Source: Novakomyces olei (taxonomy: Eukaryota). Taken from it: a DNA stretch of 64,000 nucleotides. The first letter of the stretch is position 1. Each line of letters starts with the position of its first letter. Of this stretch, positions 11,301 to 26,100 are shown piece after piece. Below the pieces are notes generated by a model. It saw nothing but the letters and a program-made list of their open reading frames with translations, was not told the origin of the DNA and made no database searches. Made by a program: the position numbers and the translations under genes. Where the stretch lies: positions 1,364,001-1,428,000 of the forward strand of contig JADEYG010000004.1 in NCBI GenBank assembly GCA_016906335.1. Direction: 5' to 3'.

Positions 11301-12499
11301 AACCATACGGATTGTTACAAGAAATAGATATCCCCAATACTAGATGGGAAACTATTGGAATGGACTTTATCACTGGACTACCTCTATCTGGTGATGAGCA
11401 ATATGATGCTATTATTTGTATTGTTGACCGACTTACAAAAAGGGCACACTTTTGGCCAACACACACTACAGTCACTGCAAAAGGCACAGCAACTTTATTT
11501 CTCAACAGATACTATTGCCTGCATGGACTACCACAAGCCATAATAAGCGACAGAGATGTGCGATTCATGTCAGCTTTTTGGCAACAAATTACAGCCATTC
11601 TTCAAATCAAATTGAAACCATCATCAAGTTATCATCCTCAGTCGAATGGACAAACTGAGCGAACAAACAGAGTACTAGAAGATTATTTGCGACTATTCAC
11701 ATATGCAAATAACAACAGCTTATCATGGCACAAGCTGCTTTCATTTGCTGAATTCAGTTATTCATCAAGCAAGCACTCTGCCATTGGCATGACGCCGTTT
11801 GAAGCTGATTTAGGTTACAATCCAAGAAGCCTAAGTGACCTTGCCATACCTCCAATCACAAACCAAGATGATTCAACATTTCTCGAAACTCTTGAGGTAA
11901 ACAGAATTCTTTGCCAGGATGCAATCAGAACCGCACATGAATTATCAAAGATATATGCGGACCAAAACCGAATAAACATTGAATACAACGTCAATGATTC
12001 TGTTTAATTAAGCACCGCTAATATTCGCGAAATTCCTGAGCTTTTCCAAAATCAACTAACAAGGAAATTGCAATCAAAATTCATTGGACCATACAGAATT
12101 ATAAAAAAGGTCAGCCCTGTTGCTTACGAATTGGAGCTACCTTCTGCTTTAAAGTACCACCATGTGGTACACATCTCTCAGCTAAAGAAACATACTCCAA
12201 TGAACAAACACAACCAGCGAGAACAACCTAAACCGAAAGCACTCCGACGCTACAAAAACAACACGGAGCTTTATGTCGTCGAAGACATACTAGATCATGT
12301 CTGGGTTCGAGGACAATCGAGATCGACAACACCAAAACCGGGCTACAAACTAATGTATCGTATTCGCTGGGAAGGTTACCAACCTGAAGACGACACGTGG
12401 GAACCAAAGCAGCACCTAGTACATTCACCCGAATTATTAAAAAGATACAATTCGACACACCTCGAATTAGTGGGGGAGGATGTTAGGAATCAAGATTGA
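8329..12499 (+). pseudogene. B gag-pol with stops and frameshifts
   Basis: CTFCRRTGHTYEQC knuckle, ALIDTGS after TAG 9035, YVDD, HPQSNGQTER, chromodomain YRIRWEGYQPEDDTWEP. Breaks near 9183, 9832-10003 and 12005. Confidence 0.85.
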
Positions 12500-12724
12500 T
12501 CTAATCAAATCTAATCAAGATTGATTACTCATCAATGAGTCATCATTACTCATCAATGAGTCATCATTACTCATCAATGATTCATCATCATTACTCATCA
12601 TTTTCTTCCTATTTCCTTCCTATCTTCGTCCTATCTGCTTCACAAAAAGTCTATAAAAGGACCCAACTTCCCATAGTCTAAAAGATAGATCTCTTAGCTA
12701 GGTCTAATTTATATTGTTACAACA
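12481..12724 (+). repeat. 3' LTR of B with ~21-bp internal tandem repeats
   Basis: TGTT...AACA ends directly after the PPT; CATTACTCATCAATGAGT repeats; TATAAAAG. Confidence 0.75.
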
Positions 12725-15700
12725 GTGAGTAATCCTCACTTAACAAAATGTCTAAGAGAAAACAAATTGAATCAATATCTGAAGCCAGTGCAGAAGAAAT
12801 TAAAAATTGTGAAGTATGTGCGAAAGGAAAAATTACAAGAAATCCATTTCCAGAGAATAGTAAAACAAAATTAGAACCATGTGACCTACTTCATACTGAC
12901 GTTATGGGACCTTTTCCTTCGTTAAGAAATGGGAACAAATGGATTCTACTCGCCATGGACGACTCGACAAAATTGTGTTTTGGATTTTTCTTAAAATCTA
13001 AAGGAGATACAGCTAAAGCGCTAATGAATATTATTTCCTATATTGAAAATCAAAAGAAAATAACAATTAAAACACTACGGTCTGATAATGGAAGAGAATT
13101 TGTTAATACAAAATTAATTAATTATTTTATGGAAAAAGGAATTCGGCACGAGACCTCAGTACCGTACAATCCAGAACAGAATGGAGTGGCTGAGCGTCTT
13201 AATCGTACGATTCAAGAGATCGCACGATGCATACTGATCGATTCTAATCTACCGGATACATTTTGGGAGGACGCTTTTGAGCACGCCATATTCTTACGAA
13301 ATCAACAGCCAATCAAAGGCTATGATAAGACTCCCTATCAAATGTGGTTTAATCGCGACAATCGCTTAGCCAATGAAAAACCATTCGGGTGCTTGGCTTG
13401 GGTAAAAGACCCCTTATCTCAAGGGAAATTAACCTCTCGTGCGACTCTAATGATTTATATTGGCCAATCAAATACTCAAAAAGGATATAAACTTTACAAT
13501 ATAAAAACTAAAAGAGAAACAACATCGCGGGATGTTAAATTTTTAATTAACCGAAACTGTACCGATCTCTCGGACAAATCGGGACTGGACGGCGAAAGAC
13601 AAGCCACCTTCCTATCCAACGATAACCATCTCTTATCATCAGAAGATGAAATAACTCGTTATCAGTCCGAATTCGGCAATCCCACTCAAATTGAAAATGA
13701 TGCCGAATTGGGTAATTCCGACAAAATAACTAATTTCACCGAAATTGGGATGGATACCGAAAAGGGAAATAATTCCGAAAATGGAAGTCTAAGCGAGATT
13801 GGAAGTATTTCTGAAAAAGGAAACTTAGGCGAGATCGGAGATATATCCGAAAATGGAAGTTTAACCGAGCTCGGTAATATAAGCGAGACCGTTGGTATCA
13901 ACACGGAAATATACACAGATAATACGAGTGAAGTATATGAGGATGTGCCTGAAGTGCCTGTTCTACTGTCTGGTGTACAGCCAGAATCTTACACAAAAGC
14001 ACTTAATTCACCTAATAAAATTGAATGGCAAAAGGCAATTCAATCTGAGCTTGCATCATTAAAGGAACACGATGTCTGGACAATAGTTGATCGACCTAAA
14101 GATAAACCTACAGTCGACTCAAGATGGGTCTTTAAAATCAAAACAAATGAAAGAAATGTTATAACCCGTTATAAAGCTAGACTAGTCGCACGTGGTTATA
14201 CACAGACCTACGGAGTTGACTACAATGATACTTACGCTCCTGTTGCTGGCTCGGAGACAGTTAAAACGTTTATATATTTAGGTTTTCATCATGATTATCC
14301 TATTTATCAATACGACATTTCTACTGCATTTTTATATGGAGGCCTAGAAGAAAAGGTTTATATGGAAATTCCTGAAGGAGTCGACGGAGACAGAAACGAT
14401 AGAGTCTGTTTATTAAACAAAAGTTTGTATGGATTGAAGCAGGCTCCTAGAGCCTGGCATTCAAATTTAATTAAAGAACTTAGAAAATACAGTCTAAACA
14501 ATATGAAATCGGATACTGGTGTCTTTGTTGGAAAAGATTTAGCAATTTTAATTTATGTCGACGATTTATTGATTATGGAATTTAAAAGGGGAACTGCCCA
14601 AATTCTTGAAAATAAATTGAAGAATAAATTTAAAATAAACTTTATGGGAATTGCCAAATATTTTCTGGGGCTACAAATTACGTACAAGCCAAATGAAATG
14701 CTGTTGAAACAGGAATCCTTTGCTAATAGCCTTAAAGAGCATCAAAAATCTGTGATGGGGAAGGCGCAAAACTGCCCACTTCCCTGTGACATAACGGAAT
14801 TTTATATTCCCTCTACGGAGAAAACTGATGAAAAGGAATACAGGAGTATAGTTGGAAAACTAATGTACCTAAGTCTTTGGACCAGACCAGATATCACGTA
14901 TGCTGTAAGACTGTTGAGTAAGTTCAGCTCAGCCCCAAGTCAAATTCACATGCGTGGTCTACAGTTCATTATCTCATATGTCCTGCAGACAAAGGAAAGG
15001 GGATTGACGTTTATTCGCGAACCATTGGAACTACACATTTTTAGCGATGCAGATTTTGCTATGGACCCTGCTACTCGAAAATCCCGAACTGGTTACACTA
15101 TAGGGATAGGAGCAGGAAGTTCCCCAATTGCTTGGTCATCGGAGCAGCAATCCTTGGTAGCTATCAGCACCATGGATGCTGAATACATGGCCTTATTTGC
15201 GGGATTGAATCGAAGTCTACTGGTGAAACACTTTATCGAAGAATTTGAATCTTTACCGATGCCAATGCACATGTATTGTGACAACAGTGCATGTGTAAAG
15301 CTAACTAAAATTACAGGCGTTGCTCGTGGTGCAAAGCATCACGAAGTTAAGTTTTATAAAATAAAAGAAAGTGTGGAACAAGGTATTATAAAAATACACT
15401 GGTGTGACACCAAACATATGAAGGCTGATGGCCTGACAAAGCAGCTGAAGGGGATTAAATTTAATAATTTCCTACATCAACTGAATCAAATTCATTAAAA
15501 AAAAAAAAATAATAATAATAATAATAATAAAATTTAAAAAAAAAAGAGGGGGAGAAAATATTGTCGAATTGAAGCAAAAAAATCTATGACTTTTGAGTAT
15601 ACAACAAAAAAAAATTCACATTTTTAATTAATTTCTCTGAATTTTACAAATTATTTATGATCTTCGATTTGAAGGGGATGTTGAACTACTTCTGATATTA

Positions 15701-15794
15701 ATCGAAGATCCCATTTATGTTAAACTAATTCTGTCTTTAATGGTTTAACTGTCTAGTCATTTTATATAAATACAAGTCCATAGAATCTTACAAC
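12725..15794 (+). mobile_element. 3' portion of Ty1/copia element G (interrupted by B)
   Basis: INT-RT-RH domain order; purine tract GAAGGGGA then a probable short LTR from TGTTGAAC at 15679 (end approximate). Confidence 0.8.
12748..15498 (+). CDS. pol: Copia pol fragment (GAG-pre-integrase end, integrase, RT, RNase H)
   Basis: CEVCAKGK, LLHTDVMGP, LRSDNGREF, QNGVAER, YKARLVARG, SLYGLKQAPRAW, YVDD, FSDADFA, ADGLTK. Confidence 0.9.
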   Translation: MSKRKQIESISEASAEEIKNCEVCAKGKITRNPFPENSKTKLEPCDLLHTDVMGPFPSLRNGNKWILLAMDDSTKLCFGFFLKSKGDTAKALMNIISYIENQKKITIKTLRSDNGREFVNTKLINYFMEKGIRHETSVPYNPEQNGVAERLNRTIQEIARCILIDSNLPDTFWEDAFEHAIFLRNQQPIKGYDKTPYQMWFNRDNRLANEKPFGCLAWVKDPLSQGKLTSRATLMIYIGQSNTQKGYKLYNIKTKRETTSRDVKFLINRNCTDLSDKSGLDGERQATFLSNDNHLLSSEDEITRYQSEFGNPTQIENDAELGNSDKITNFTEIGMDTEKGNNSENGSLSEIGSISEKGNLGEIGDISENGSLTELGNISETVGINTEIYTDNTSEVYEDVPEVPVLLSGVQPESYTKALNSPNKIEWQKAIQSELASLKEHDVWTIVDRPKDKPTVDSRWVFKIKTNERNVITRYKARLVARGYTQTYGVDYNDTYAPVAGSETVKTFIYLGFHHDYPIYQYDISTAFLYGGLEEKVYMEIPEGVDGDRNDRVCLLNKSLYGLKQAPRAWHSNLIKELRKYSLNNMKSDTGVFVGKDLAILIYVDDLLIMEFKRGTAQILENKLKNKFKINFMGIAKYFLGLQITYKPNEMLLKQESFANSLKEHQKSVMGKAQNCPLPCDITEFYIPSTEKTDEKEYRSIVGKLMYLSLWTRPDITYAVRLLSKFSSAPSQIHMRGLQFIISYVLQTKERGLTFIREPLELHIFSDADFAMDPATRKSRTGYTIGIGAGSSPIAWSSEQQSLVAISTMDAEYMALFAGLNRSLLVKHFIEEFESLPMPMHMYCDNSACVKLTKITGVARGAKHHEVKFYKIKESVEQGIIKIHWCDTKHMKADGLTKQLKGIKFNNFLHQLNQIH

Positions 15795-15842
15795 CTTGGG
15801 TAGCTAATTCACTTTATTCTCTCCCTGTTCAAAGATCCAACA

Positions 15843-16241
<399 letters not shown>

Positions 16242-17199
16242 ATAATAATAACGATACAACGCAGTGCAATACTGTAGTTAATATACACTAATCGGAAAAG
16301 GAAAAAAAGAAGGAATAACGGCAATGATTTCAAGAGTTCATCACCCAATTGACGTCCAATCATGAATCATGCAGCGTTGAAAAGCAAAATAATAATAGCC
16401 TATTAAATATGTACACTTGAGCCACAAGAGACGAAAAGATCGACAAAAATAGACTTGGCAACGCATTAACTGTCATATAGATTACATAATCACAAGATAA
16501 TAATATCCAACGAAACCATTGCTCGTTCTTGTCACCAAAAATTTAAGGGGACACTGAATCGTGGTTTGTCTCAACAAAACTGAGACATGTCTTATGGAAT
16601 TATTCATAAAATATGGGATAACCGGCCGAGTCGGAGGTCAAAGTAACGGAACTATACTTATATAGGAATAACGAGACATCTATAAACACCAGAACCATGC
16701 TTGACCTTAAACCACAAATGGTAGAAAAATCCCTTAGATGTGCGACTGACCTGTACAAAGCTAGTTTATTGCGACAAAGGACGTAATTTGTAATTGAACC
16801 TGCTATACGTAGCTAGCTTGAACAAACTAAATCTATTAAGAAAGGGGAAAATAAAAGGGGAAGAAAATAGAAAGAAAAAATAATCAAAAATCGATTTCAA
16901 GCAAGGGCACTCCGGACTAAATGCACTTGTCCAGACCAATGTTCTCATACATATAACTGCTTTTTCATTTCATTTCTTGTATCATTGGGTACTCGCTCAT
17001 TCAGCCATTCGAATATTTGTTATGCCTGCTTGATCATTGTTCACAGACCTATTTCCATCAGGTTGTTGACCGTTCGGACAAAGCCTGAGATTGGATCAAA
17101 TGTATCCAGGACTTCACTTTAAACCGGAAAAGCATCAACTAAACCATTACTAGGTTCTATAAAATTTCTTTTCGCCACCAGATGCGTCAGGAATAAATC

Positions 17200-20100
17200 A
17201 TGAAAAGTCTGTTTTGGCTTGTGGCATCAATAGTATTGCTGCGGCTTCTGCAGACAGGTAAGAGTCCACATCTAACCGTAACAGCCGACCGAGTGCACAA
17301 AACCGCCCAAAGCTTTCCGTTTCCAAAGCGCCCATTTAAGATAAATGGGCCAATTTCCAATTATACCTTTGGACCAAAGCGTTATTGGAATAAAACATTT
17401 GGCGCAAACAATTCATTGTCCAATTCAAGTTCCAGCAATCACACAATCCGCAATCAAACCAGATTCACAAAAGTCAAACCGTATGGCGCCACCAGGAAAG
17501 GGTTATCTAAACTGCGCTATCCCTACTCAAACGAGGTCAAAAAACCAAACTCAAAAGCCAAAGATCCCTTTAGAAAACCAGATGAGTCTGGTAGCCGGAA
17601 GCACATACAAGTCTACAAAACAGAAGCGCCACATAATTATCAAGCGAATGATAATCGTAAAGATCGTGATAGCGGGCAAAAAGGGCCATTTGAAGCGGAC
17701 AAGATTAAACCAAGTTTAATCGGAAGCACTGACAAAGATCCAGAATCTAAATCGACTACTAATGCACACAGAAGCGATAAATATCCCAATGACAGACAGA
17801 GAGGAAAGCCTGCCCAAAAAGCTGGGACTCAAAATATTGACCCTAAGAATAAAATGGTAAGAACAGGATCGAAACCAGTCGGGAAAGAATTAGACGACGG
17901 TACAATTGGCTCAGAAAAACCAAACAAAAACCAGCCGATTTCGACCCAAGGCAATGGTAATAAAGAAAAAAGTTTTGGGAAATTTCAAGAAGACGAAGAG
18001 TCGGCTGGTGCAGATACGTCCGAAAACAAACAGGACTTTTTAGCAGAAAAAGAAGGGGGCAAAAACGAGAGACATCAAAATTACAGGCTACAAAAGGATG
18101 ATCCGAGGTTTGGGATACTTGAAGATCAGCACAGAGATGGAGATGGTGTCAAAATCGATAATGATTTAAAGAACGACCATGATCCCATAAACAGTAATAA
18201 AAACAACAACAACAATGATAACGATCTCAGTCATGAAAACGGGTTGGATAATAAAGAGACTCGGGATAGGACAAACTATCGGGATAGCAATGGGGATGGT
18301 GTCAAAATCGATAATGATTTAAAGAAAAACCATGATCCCATAATCAGTAATAAAAACAACAACAACAATGATATCGATCTCAGTCATGAAAACGATTTGG
18401 AAAATAAAGAGACTCGGGATAAGACAAACGATCGGAATATAGATATTGCCATCGACCATTTTTTGGGAAACGATAATGTTTCGGCCAGTGAGCAAAATTT
18501 CAAGGTTGAGAATAATTCGAAGCCAAGTTCAAAGACGCAGGATTCAGCATTCGACTTTAAAGGCCCCGAAAAGCTAAGTGATAATAAAAACACATATAAC
18601 TATCAAGCAAAAGCGGATTGGCAAAGCTTAAACTCGCAAACGCCAGAACCGAAAGCGAACGAAAAGCCAGAGCAATCCAAAAAAGTCGACGCTTCGAAAG
18701 CAGAAATCCTAAAGAGTTTTGGTACAACAACAAGTGCCGGACATACATACAGTCCTGGACACTTTGTATATAAAGGTAACACCCCCCCTATGTACGCGTC
18801 CGACGAACATTGGCATCCAAAAACTGATCACCGCTTCGACGATCAACACACCGAGGCATTACATTCATCTCCTCGGCCGGGAATAAATGAAGCTAAAAAA
18901 GAAAGTCCGCCAACAGTATCAAACGTAGATGAAGCCGCCGCTGTTGTGTTAAAAAAGCCGAAAACTCTAAACTTCAATACTGGAAGCAGCCGGCCTTCCA
19001 CCAATCAAAATGCTCACAATACCCAGGAAGTAGCCGTGCCCTTGTCGAGAGTGGCTACGAGCACAATTACAGCAAAGACTGTAAGAAAGCCCAACCTAGC
19101 GACGTCACATACCACGTCGAGCGAGCCAAAAGCCAACAATTGGTATGAGAGCGGCAACACCGTTGATAATACAGCAATAGCGACGGAAAAATCAGTAGAA
19201 AATGCCAATCTCGGTACCAAGATTGAGACACGTAGTAGGGACGTTGGCGATAGTCTTCAATTCCCACAGTCCGCAATGGCCAGCGATATCTATACAAAGG
19301 CTATCCGCAGTCCGGCCGAGCCTGCAATTAGCAGCCCGAACCATCCTGATCAGCAGTCTCTGACGGTGGTTACAAGTGGCGAGTCTGCTAAAACGGCTAA
19401 GGCTATCGGAACCAAACTGTCCGGGAGCCGTTTACACACGGACAGTAAAGGCAATTCTGAGGACATTAGAAGCAGCGCCTTAGACGCTCCCAATCCGCCA
19501 TACCCACTCGCAACAGACGCAGCTGTTTCCCTTAATACCGGGAATCAAGGATTATATAATAACCCAAAAAGAATAAATAATAATACGACCAAAACGTATG
19601 GCGGAGCAGAGAAAGACGCAGAGGCCGCAGCAGATCACGGATCAAGCAGGGAAAATAGTATAAATGGGGACAATGAGCTCTGGCTTGGACGCCCGAGTGG
19701 GCCCGAGAGCCAAGCGGTCTGGACAACGGGCGAGACTTCCGACTGGTTAGACTTTGAACAGACGGGAAATAAGAGCGAGAAAAGTGTTGATGTTGAACTT
19801 GATCCCAATCCTGTCGAAAAGGCTTTGAAGAGCCATGGCGGAAACAGTGCTTTGACTCCTTTGACAAGTGCTACTGCTAGTTCAATAACAGTAGAAAAGG
19901 ACGCGAAAGCAGGAATCAGCAATCTGGCTATTGATTTGCCTCTCACGGAGCACATTCTAGGCCCTACTAACTCAAGCACCGAAACTACACTTGGTCTGGT
20001 TCCCGAATCTAAAGCCAGAACGCGGCCTGATGGGACGGGCCGAGTGAACTCGATTCAAGAGACCACAGTGCACGATTTCATTCCGACAAAAGCTGTGTTC

Positions 20101-23100
20101 GCCGCGGTCTTGAAAAATCTTAGTTTGGCCAATCAGCCTACCAAGGCACACCGAAATTCTTCAACTGCAATAGAACCGGGTCTTGCAGTGCAAGCGTCAC
20201 TCGGAGGATTGCTGAATGCTTCTTCAAAGACTGTTTCTGTTGATGCTTTATCCGCGGTAATCAGACATAGCGCCGACAATCTTAATGAATCCTTTTCTAC
20301 CGGGTCCATTGGTGTTTTGTCTCTTCCGTTCATTGGTAAAACGGTAAATCTTAAGACTGAGAGTATGAAATTCCCCTTTACAAGTGTCATAAACAGCTAT
20401 TGGCCCAATGCCAATGTTTCGAATTTGCTTTCTGGCGTATCTACAACTATCTCTTTTGGACACAACTCCAAGTCGACTTTAGCATCCATATCTGCTCAAT
20501 CTCTACTTGGCTCAGAAAAAATTGCTTCTATGCGCAACATGACATATGCCTTCATATCACCTATGACCATTGCAGTCATATCTACTCAATCAGTGACCGA
20601 CAAAGCAAGCATGTCTTTTTCCCTTGAATATATTGAAACTAGTTCTCCACATTTAATCGGGGATAAGGAGAACAGTACCGCCTTAATAAATCCTACAACA
20701 ATAATAACCGACCAGTCTCAAAGATTGTTTAGTTCTTCAAAGACCGAATTCAGTTTAACAACACATGGCAATGATGAGACTAACGGCTCTAGTGATATGT
20801 TGAAGACAGGAATCAGTCCTCAGCAGTCAGCATTAAATAGGTCAAGCCCTACAACTGGACTCGCCGACCAAGAACTCGCCGACCAGTTTAAGGAAGGGTT
20901 TAATTCGGCATTAAATAAGTCAAGCCCTACAACTGAGCTCCCCGGCCAGTCCGCGAAATTGTATAATTCAGCAATAACTAGGTCGAGCCCTACAACAAAA
21001 CTCGCCAAACAGTCTAAGGTGTCATTTAATTCTTTACAGACGCTGGAATCTGCATTGAATAAGCCAAGCCCCGCTACAACACTCTCCGACCAGCCTAAGG
21101 AAGGGTTTAATTCAGCATTAACTAGGTCGAGTCCTACAACAAAAGTCGGCGACCAGTCTGCGGAATTGTATAATTCAGCAATAACTAGGTCAAGCCCTAC
21201 AACTGAACTCGCTGACCAAATCAGTAAGTTTAATTCAGCATTGAATAAGTCAAGCCCTACAACTGAGCTCCCCGGCCAGTCCGCGGAATTGTATAATTCA
21301 GCAATAACTAGGTCGAGCCCTACAACAAAACTCGCCAAACAGTCTAAGGTGTCATTTAATTCTTTACAGACGCTGGAATCTGCATTGAATAAGCCAAGCC
21401 CTGCTACAACACTCTCCGACCAGCCTAAGGAAGGGTTTAATTCAGCATTAACTAGGTCGAGCCCTACAACAAAAGTCGGCGACCAGTCTGCGGAATGGTA
21501 TAATTCAGCAATAACTAGGTTGAGCCCTACAACAAATCTAGCCGACCAGACTGAGGAAGGGTTTAATTCAGCAACAAATAGGTCAAGCCCTACAACTGAG
21601 CTCCCCGATCAGTCTAAGGAAAGGTTTAATTCAGATTTAAATAAGTCGAGCCCTACAACTGAACTCACCGACCAGTTCAGTGGGTCGTTTAATTCAGCAT
21701 TGAATAGGTCAAGCCCTACGACAAACCACGCCGACCAGTCTAAGGAGGGGTTTAATTCCGCATTAAATAGGTCGAGCCCTACAACTGAACTCGCCGACCA
21801 AGAACTCGCCGACAAGTCAGAGGAAGGGTTTAATACAGCATTAACTAAATCGAGCCCTACATTAAAACTGGCCGACCAGTCTAAGGTGTCATTTAATTTT
21901 TTACAGAGCGGATTGAATCCGCTGGAATCTTCATTTAATAAGTCTCGCCCTGCTACAACACTCGCCGACCAGTCGAAGAAGTCGTTTAATTCATCGACGG
22001 GCGCATTGAGTCCAGTCCATTCTGCATTGAATAAGTCAAGCAAGTCATTAAATTCTTCACAGACAGGATCGAGTCCGTTGCAGTCTGCATTGAATAAGGC
22101 ACGCGAGTCGTTAAATTCTTCACAGACAGGATTGAGTCCGTTGCAGTCTGCATTGAATAAGGCACGTGAGTCGTTAAATTCTTCACAGACAGGATTGAGT
22201 CCGTTGCAGTCTGCATTGAATAAGTCAAGCCCTGCTACAACACTCGCCGACCAGTTCAAGAAGTCGTTTAATTCATCGACGAGCGCATTGAGTTCGTTGC
22301 AATCTGCCTCATTTAGGTCGAGCGAGTCGTTTAATTCTTCACAGGGCGCATTGAGTCCAGTCCATTCTGCATTGAATAAGTCAAGCGAGTCATTAAATTC
22401 TTCACAGACAGGATTGAGTCCGTTGCACACTGCATTGAATAAATCGAGCTCTGTTACATCTGTCGCCGACCGGTCTAAGAAGTCGTTTAATTCATCGACG
22501 AGCGCATTGAGTCCGATGCAATCAGCATTTAATAAGTCAAGCGAGTCGTTTAATTCATCGACGAGCGCATTGAGTTCGATTCTATCTGCATTTAATAAGT
22601 CAAGCGAGCCGTTTAATTCTTCACAGACAGAATTGAGTCCGTTGCAGTCTGCATTGAATAAGTCACGCGAGTCGTTAAATTCTTCACAGACAGGATTGAG
22701 TCCGTTGCAGTCTGCATTGAATAAGTCAAGCCCTGCTACAACACTCGCCGACCAGTTCAAGAAGTCGTTTAATTCATCGACGAGCGCATTGAGTCCGTTG
22801 CAATCTGCCTCATTTAGGTCGAGCGAGTCGTTTAATTCTTCACAGGGCGCATTGAGTCCAGTCCATTCTGCATTGAATAAGTCAAGCGAGTCATTAAATT
22901 CTTCACAGACAGGATTGAGTCCGTTGCACACTGCATTGAATAAATCGAGCTCTGTTACATCTGTCGCCGACCGGTCTAAGAAGTCGTTTAATTCATCGAC
23001 GAGCGCATTGAGTCCAGTCCATTCTGCATTGAATAAGTCAAGCGAGTCATTAAATTCTTCACAGACAGGATTGAGTCCGTTGCACACTGCATTGAATAAA

Positions 23101-26100
23101 TCGAGCTCTGTTACATCTGTCGCCGACCGGTCTAAGAAGTCGTTTAATTCTTCACAGGGCGCATTGAGTCCAGTCCATTCTGCATTGAATAAGTCAAGCG
23201 AGTCATTAAATTCTTCACAGACAGGATTGAGTCCGTTGCACACTGCATTGAATAAATCGAGCTCTGTTACATCTGTCGCCGACCGGTCTAAGAAGTCGTT
23301 TAATTCATCGACGAGCGCATTGAGTCCGTTGCAGTCTGCATTGAATAAGTCACGCGAGTCGTTAAAATCTTCACAGACAGGATTGAGTTCGTTGCAGTCT
23401 GCATTGAATAAGTCTCGCCCTGCTACAACACTCGCCGACCAATCTAAGAAGTCGTTTAATTCATCGACGAGCGCATTGAGTCCACTTCATTCTGCATTAA
23501 ATAGGTCAAGCTCTGCTACAACACTCGCCGACCAGTCGAAGAAGTCGTTTAATTCATCTACGAGTGCGTTGAGTCCGTTGCAGTCTGCATTGAATAAGTC
23601 TCGCCCTGCTACAACACTCGCCGACCAATCTAAGAAGTCGTTTAATTCATCGACGAGCGCATTGAGTCCACTTCATTCCGCATTAAATAGGTCAAGCTCT
23701 GCTACAACACTCGCTGACCAGTCTAAGAAGTCGTTTAATTCATCGACGAGCGCTTTGAGTCCGATGCAATCAGCATTTAATAAGTCAAGCGAGTCGTTTA
23801 ATCATTCACAGACAGGATTGAGTTCGATTCTATCTGCATTTAATAAGTCAAGCGAGCCGTTTAATTCTTCACAGACAGAATTGAGTCCGATTCAATCTGC
23901 ATTTAATAAGTCACGCGAGTCATTAAATTCTTCACAGACAGGATTGAGTCCGTTGCAGTCTGCATTGAATAAGGCACGCGAGTCGTTAAATTCTTCACAG
24001 ACAGGATTGAGTTCGTTGCAGTCTGCATTGAATAAGTCTCGCCCTGCTACAACACTCGCCGACCAGTCGAAGAAGTCGTTTTATTCATCGACGAGCGCAT
24101 TGAGTCCACTCCATTTTGCATTAAATAAGTCTCGCCCTGCTACAACACTCGCCGACCGGTCTAAGAAGTCGTTTAATTCATCGACGAGCGCATTGAGTCC
24201 GTTGCAGTCTGCATTGAATAAGTCACGCGAGTCGTTAAAATCTTCACAGACAGGATTGAGTTCGTTGCAGTCTGCATTGAATAAGTCTCGCCCTGCTACA
24301 ACACTCGCCGACCAATCTAAGAAGTCGTTTAATTCATCGACGAGCGCATTGAGTCCACTTCATTCTGCATTAAATAGGTCAAGCTCTGCTACAACACTCG
24401 CCGACCAGTCGAAGAAGTCGTTTAATTCATCTACGAGTGCGTTGAGTCCGTTGCAGTCTGCATTGAATAAGTCTCGCCCTGCTACAACACTCGCCGACCA
24501 ATCTAAGAAGTCGTTTAATTCATCGACGAGCGCATTGAGTCCACTTCATTCCGCATTAAATAGGTCAAGCTCTGCTACAACACTCGCTGACCAGTCTAAG
24601 AAGTCGTTTAATTCATCGACGAGCGCTTTGAGTCCGATGCAATCAGCATTTAATAAGTCAAGCGAGTCGTTTAATCATTCACAGACAGGATTGAGTTCGA
24701 TTCTATCTGCATTTAATAAGTCAAGCGAGCCGTTTAATTCTTCACAGACAGAATTGAGTCCGATTCAATCTGCATTTAATAAGTCACGCGAGTCATTAAA
24801 TTCTTCACAGACAGGATTGAGTCCGTTGCAGTCTGCATTGAATAAGTCACGCGAGTCATTAAATTCTTCACAGACAGGATTGAGTCCGTTTCAATCAGCA
24901 TTGAATAAGTCAAGCTCTGCTACAACACTCGCTGACCAGTCGAAGAAGTCGTTTTATTCATCGACGAGCGCATTGAGTTCGATTCTATCTGCATTTAATA
25001 AGTCAAGCGAGCCGTTTAATTCTTCACAGACAGAATTGAGTCCGATGCAATCAGCATTGAATAAGTCAAGCTCTGCTACAACACTCGCTGACCAGTCTAA
25101 GAAGTCGTTTAATTCATCGATGAGCGCATTGAGTTCGATGCAATCTGCATTTAATAAGTCAAGCGAGTCGTTCAATCATTCACAGACAGGATTGAGTCCG
25201 TTTCAATCTGCATTTAATAAGTCACGCGAGCCGTTTAATTCTTCACAGACAGGATTTAGTACGTTGCAGTCTGCATTGAATAAGTCACGCGAGTCATTAA
25301 ATTCTTCACAGACAGGATTGAGTCCGTTGCAGTCTGCATTGAATAAGTCACGCGAGTCATTAAATTCTTCACAGACAGGATTGAGTCCGTTGCAGTCTGC
25401 ATTGAATAAGGCACGCGAGTCGTTAAATTCTTCACAGACAGGATTGAGTCCGTTGCAGTCTGCATTGAATAAGTCACGCGAGTCATTAAACTCTTCACAG
25501 ACTGGATTGAGTCCGTTGCAGTCTGCATTGAATAAGTCTCGCCCATCTACAACACTCGCCAACCAGCCTAAGAAGTCGTTTAATTCATCGACGAGCGCAT
25601 TGAGTCCGATGCAATCTGCATTGAATAAGTCAAGCACTGTTACATCAGTCGCCGACCGGTCTAAGAAGTCGTTTAATTCATCGACGAGTGCGTTGAGTTC
25701 GATTCTATCTGCATTTAATAAGTCAAGCGAGCCGTTTAATTCTTCACAGACAGAATTGAGTCCGTTGCAATCTGCATTAAATAAGTTAAGCTCTGTTACA
25801 TCAGTCGCCGACCGGTCTAAGAAGTCGTTTAATTCATCGACGAGTGTGTTGAGTCCGCTGCAATTTGCATTAAATAGGTCAAGCGAGTCGTTTAATTCTT
25901 CCCAGACAGGATTGAGTCCGTTGCAGTCTGCATTGAATGAGCCGTTTAATTCTTCACAGACAGAATTGAGTCCGATGCAATCTGTATTAAATAAGTCAAG
26001 CGAGCCGTTTAATTCTTCACAGACAGAATTGAGTCCGTTGCAGTCTGCATTTAATAAGTCAAGCGAGCCGTTTAATTCTTCACAGACCGAATTGAGTCCG

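Larger units (their letters stand above)
8329..12724 (+). mobile_element. 3' portion of Ty3/gypsy chromovirus B (degenerate)
   Basis: gag-PR-RT-RH-INT-chromodomain remnants, PPT GGGGGAGGA, 3' LTR TGTT...AACA at 12481-12724. The 5' part is at 63723+ on the minus strand. Confidence 0.9.

Noticed and set aside
13700-13890. GxISExGxLxEI repeats in copia pol
   Set aside because: Low-complexity repeat in the variable integrase-RT linker; common in copia elements, with no further support.
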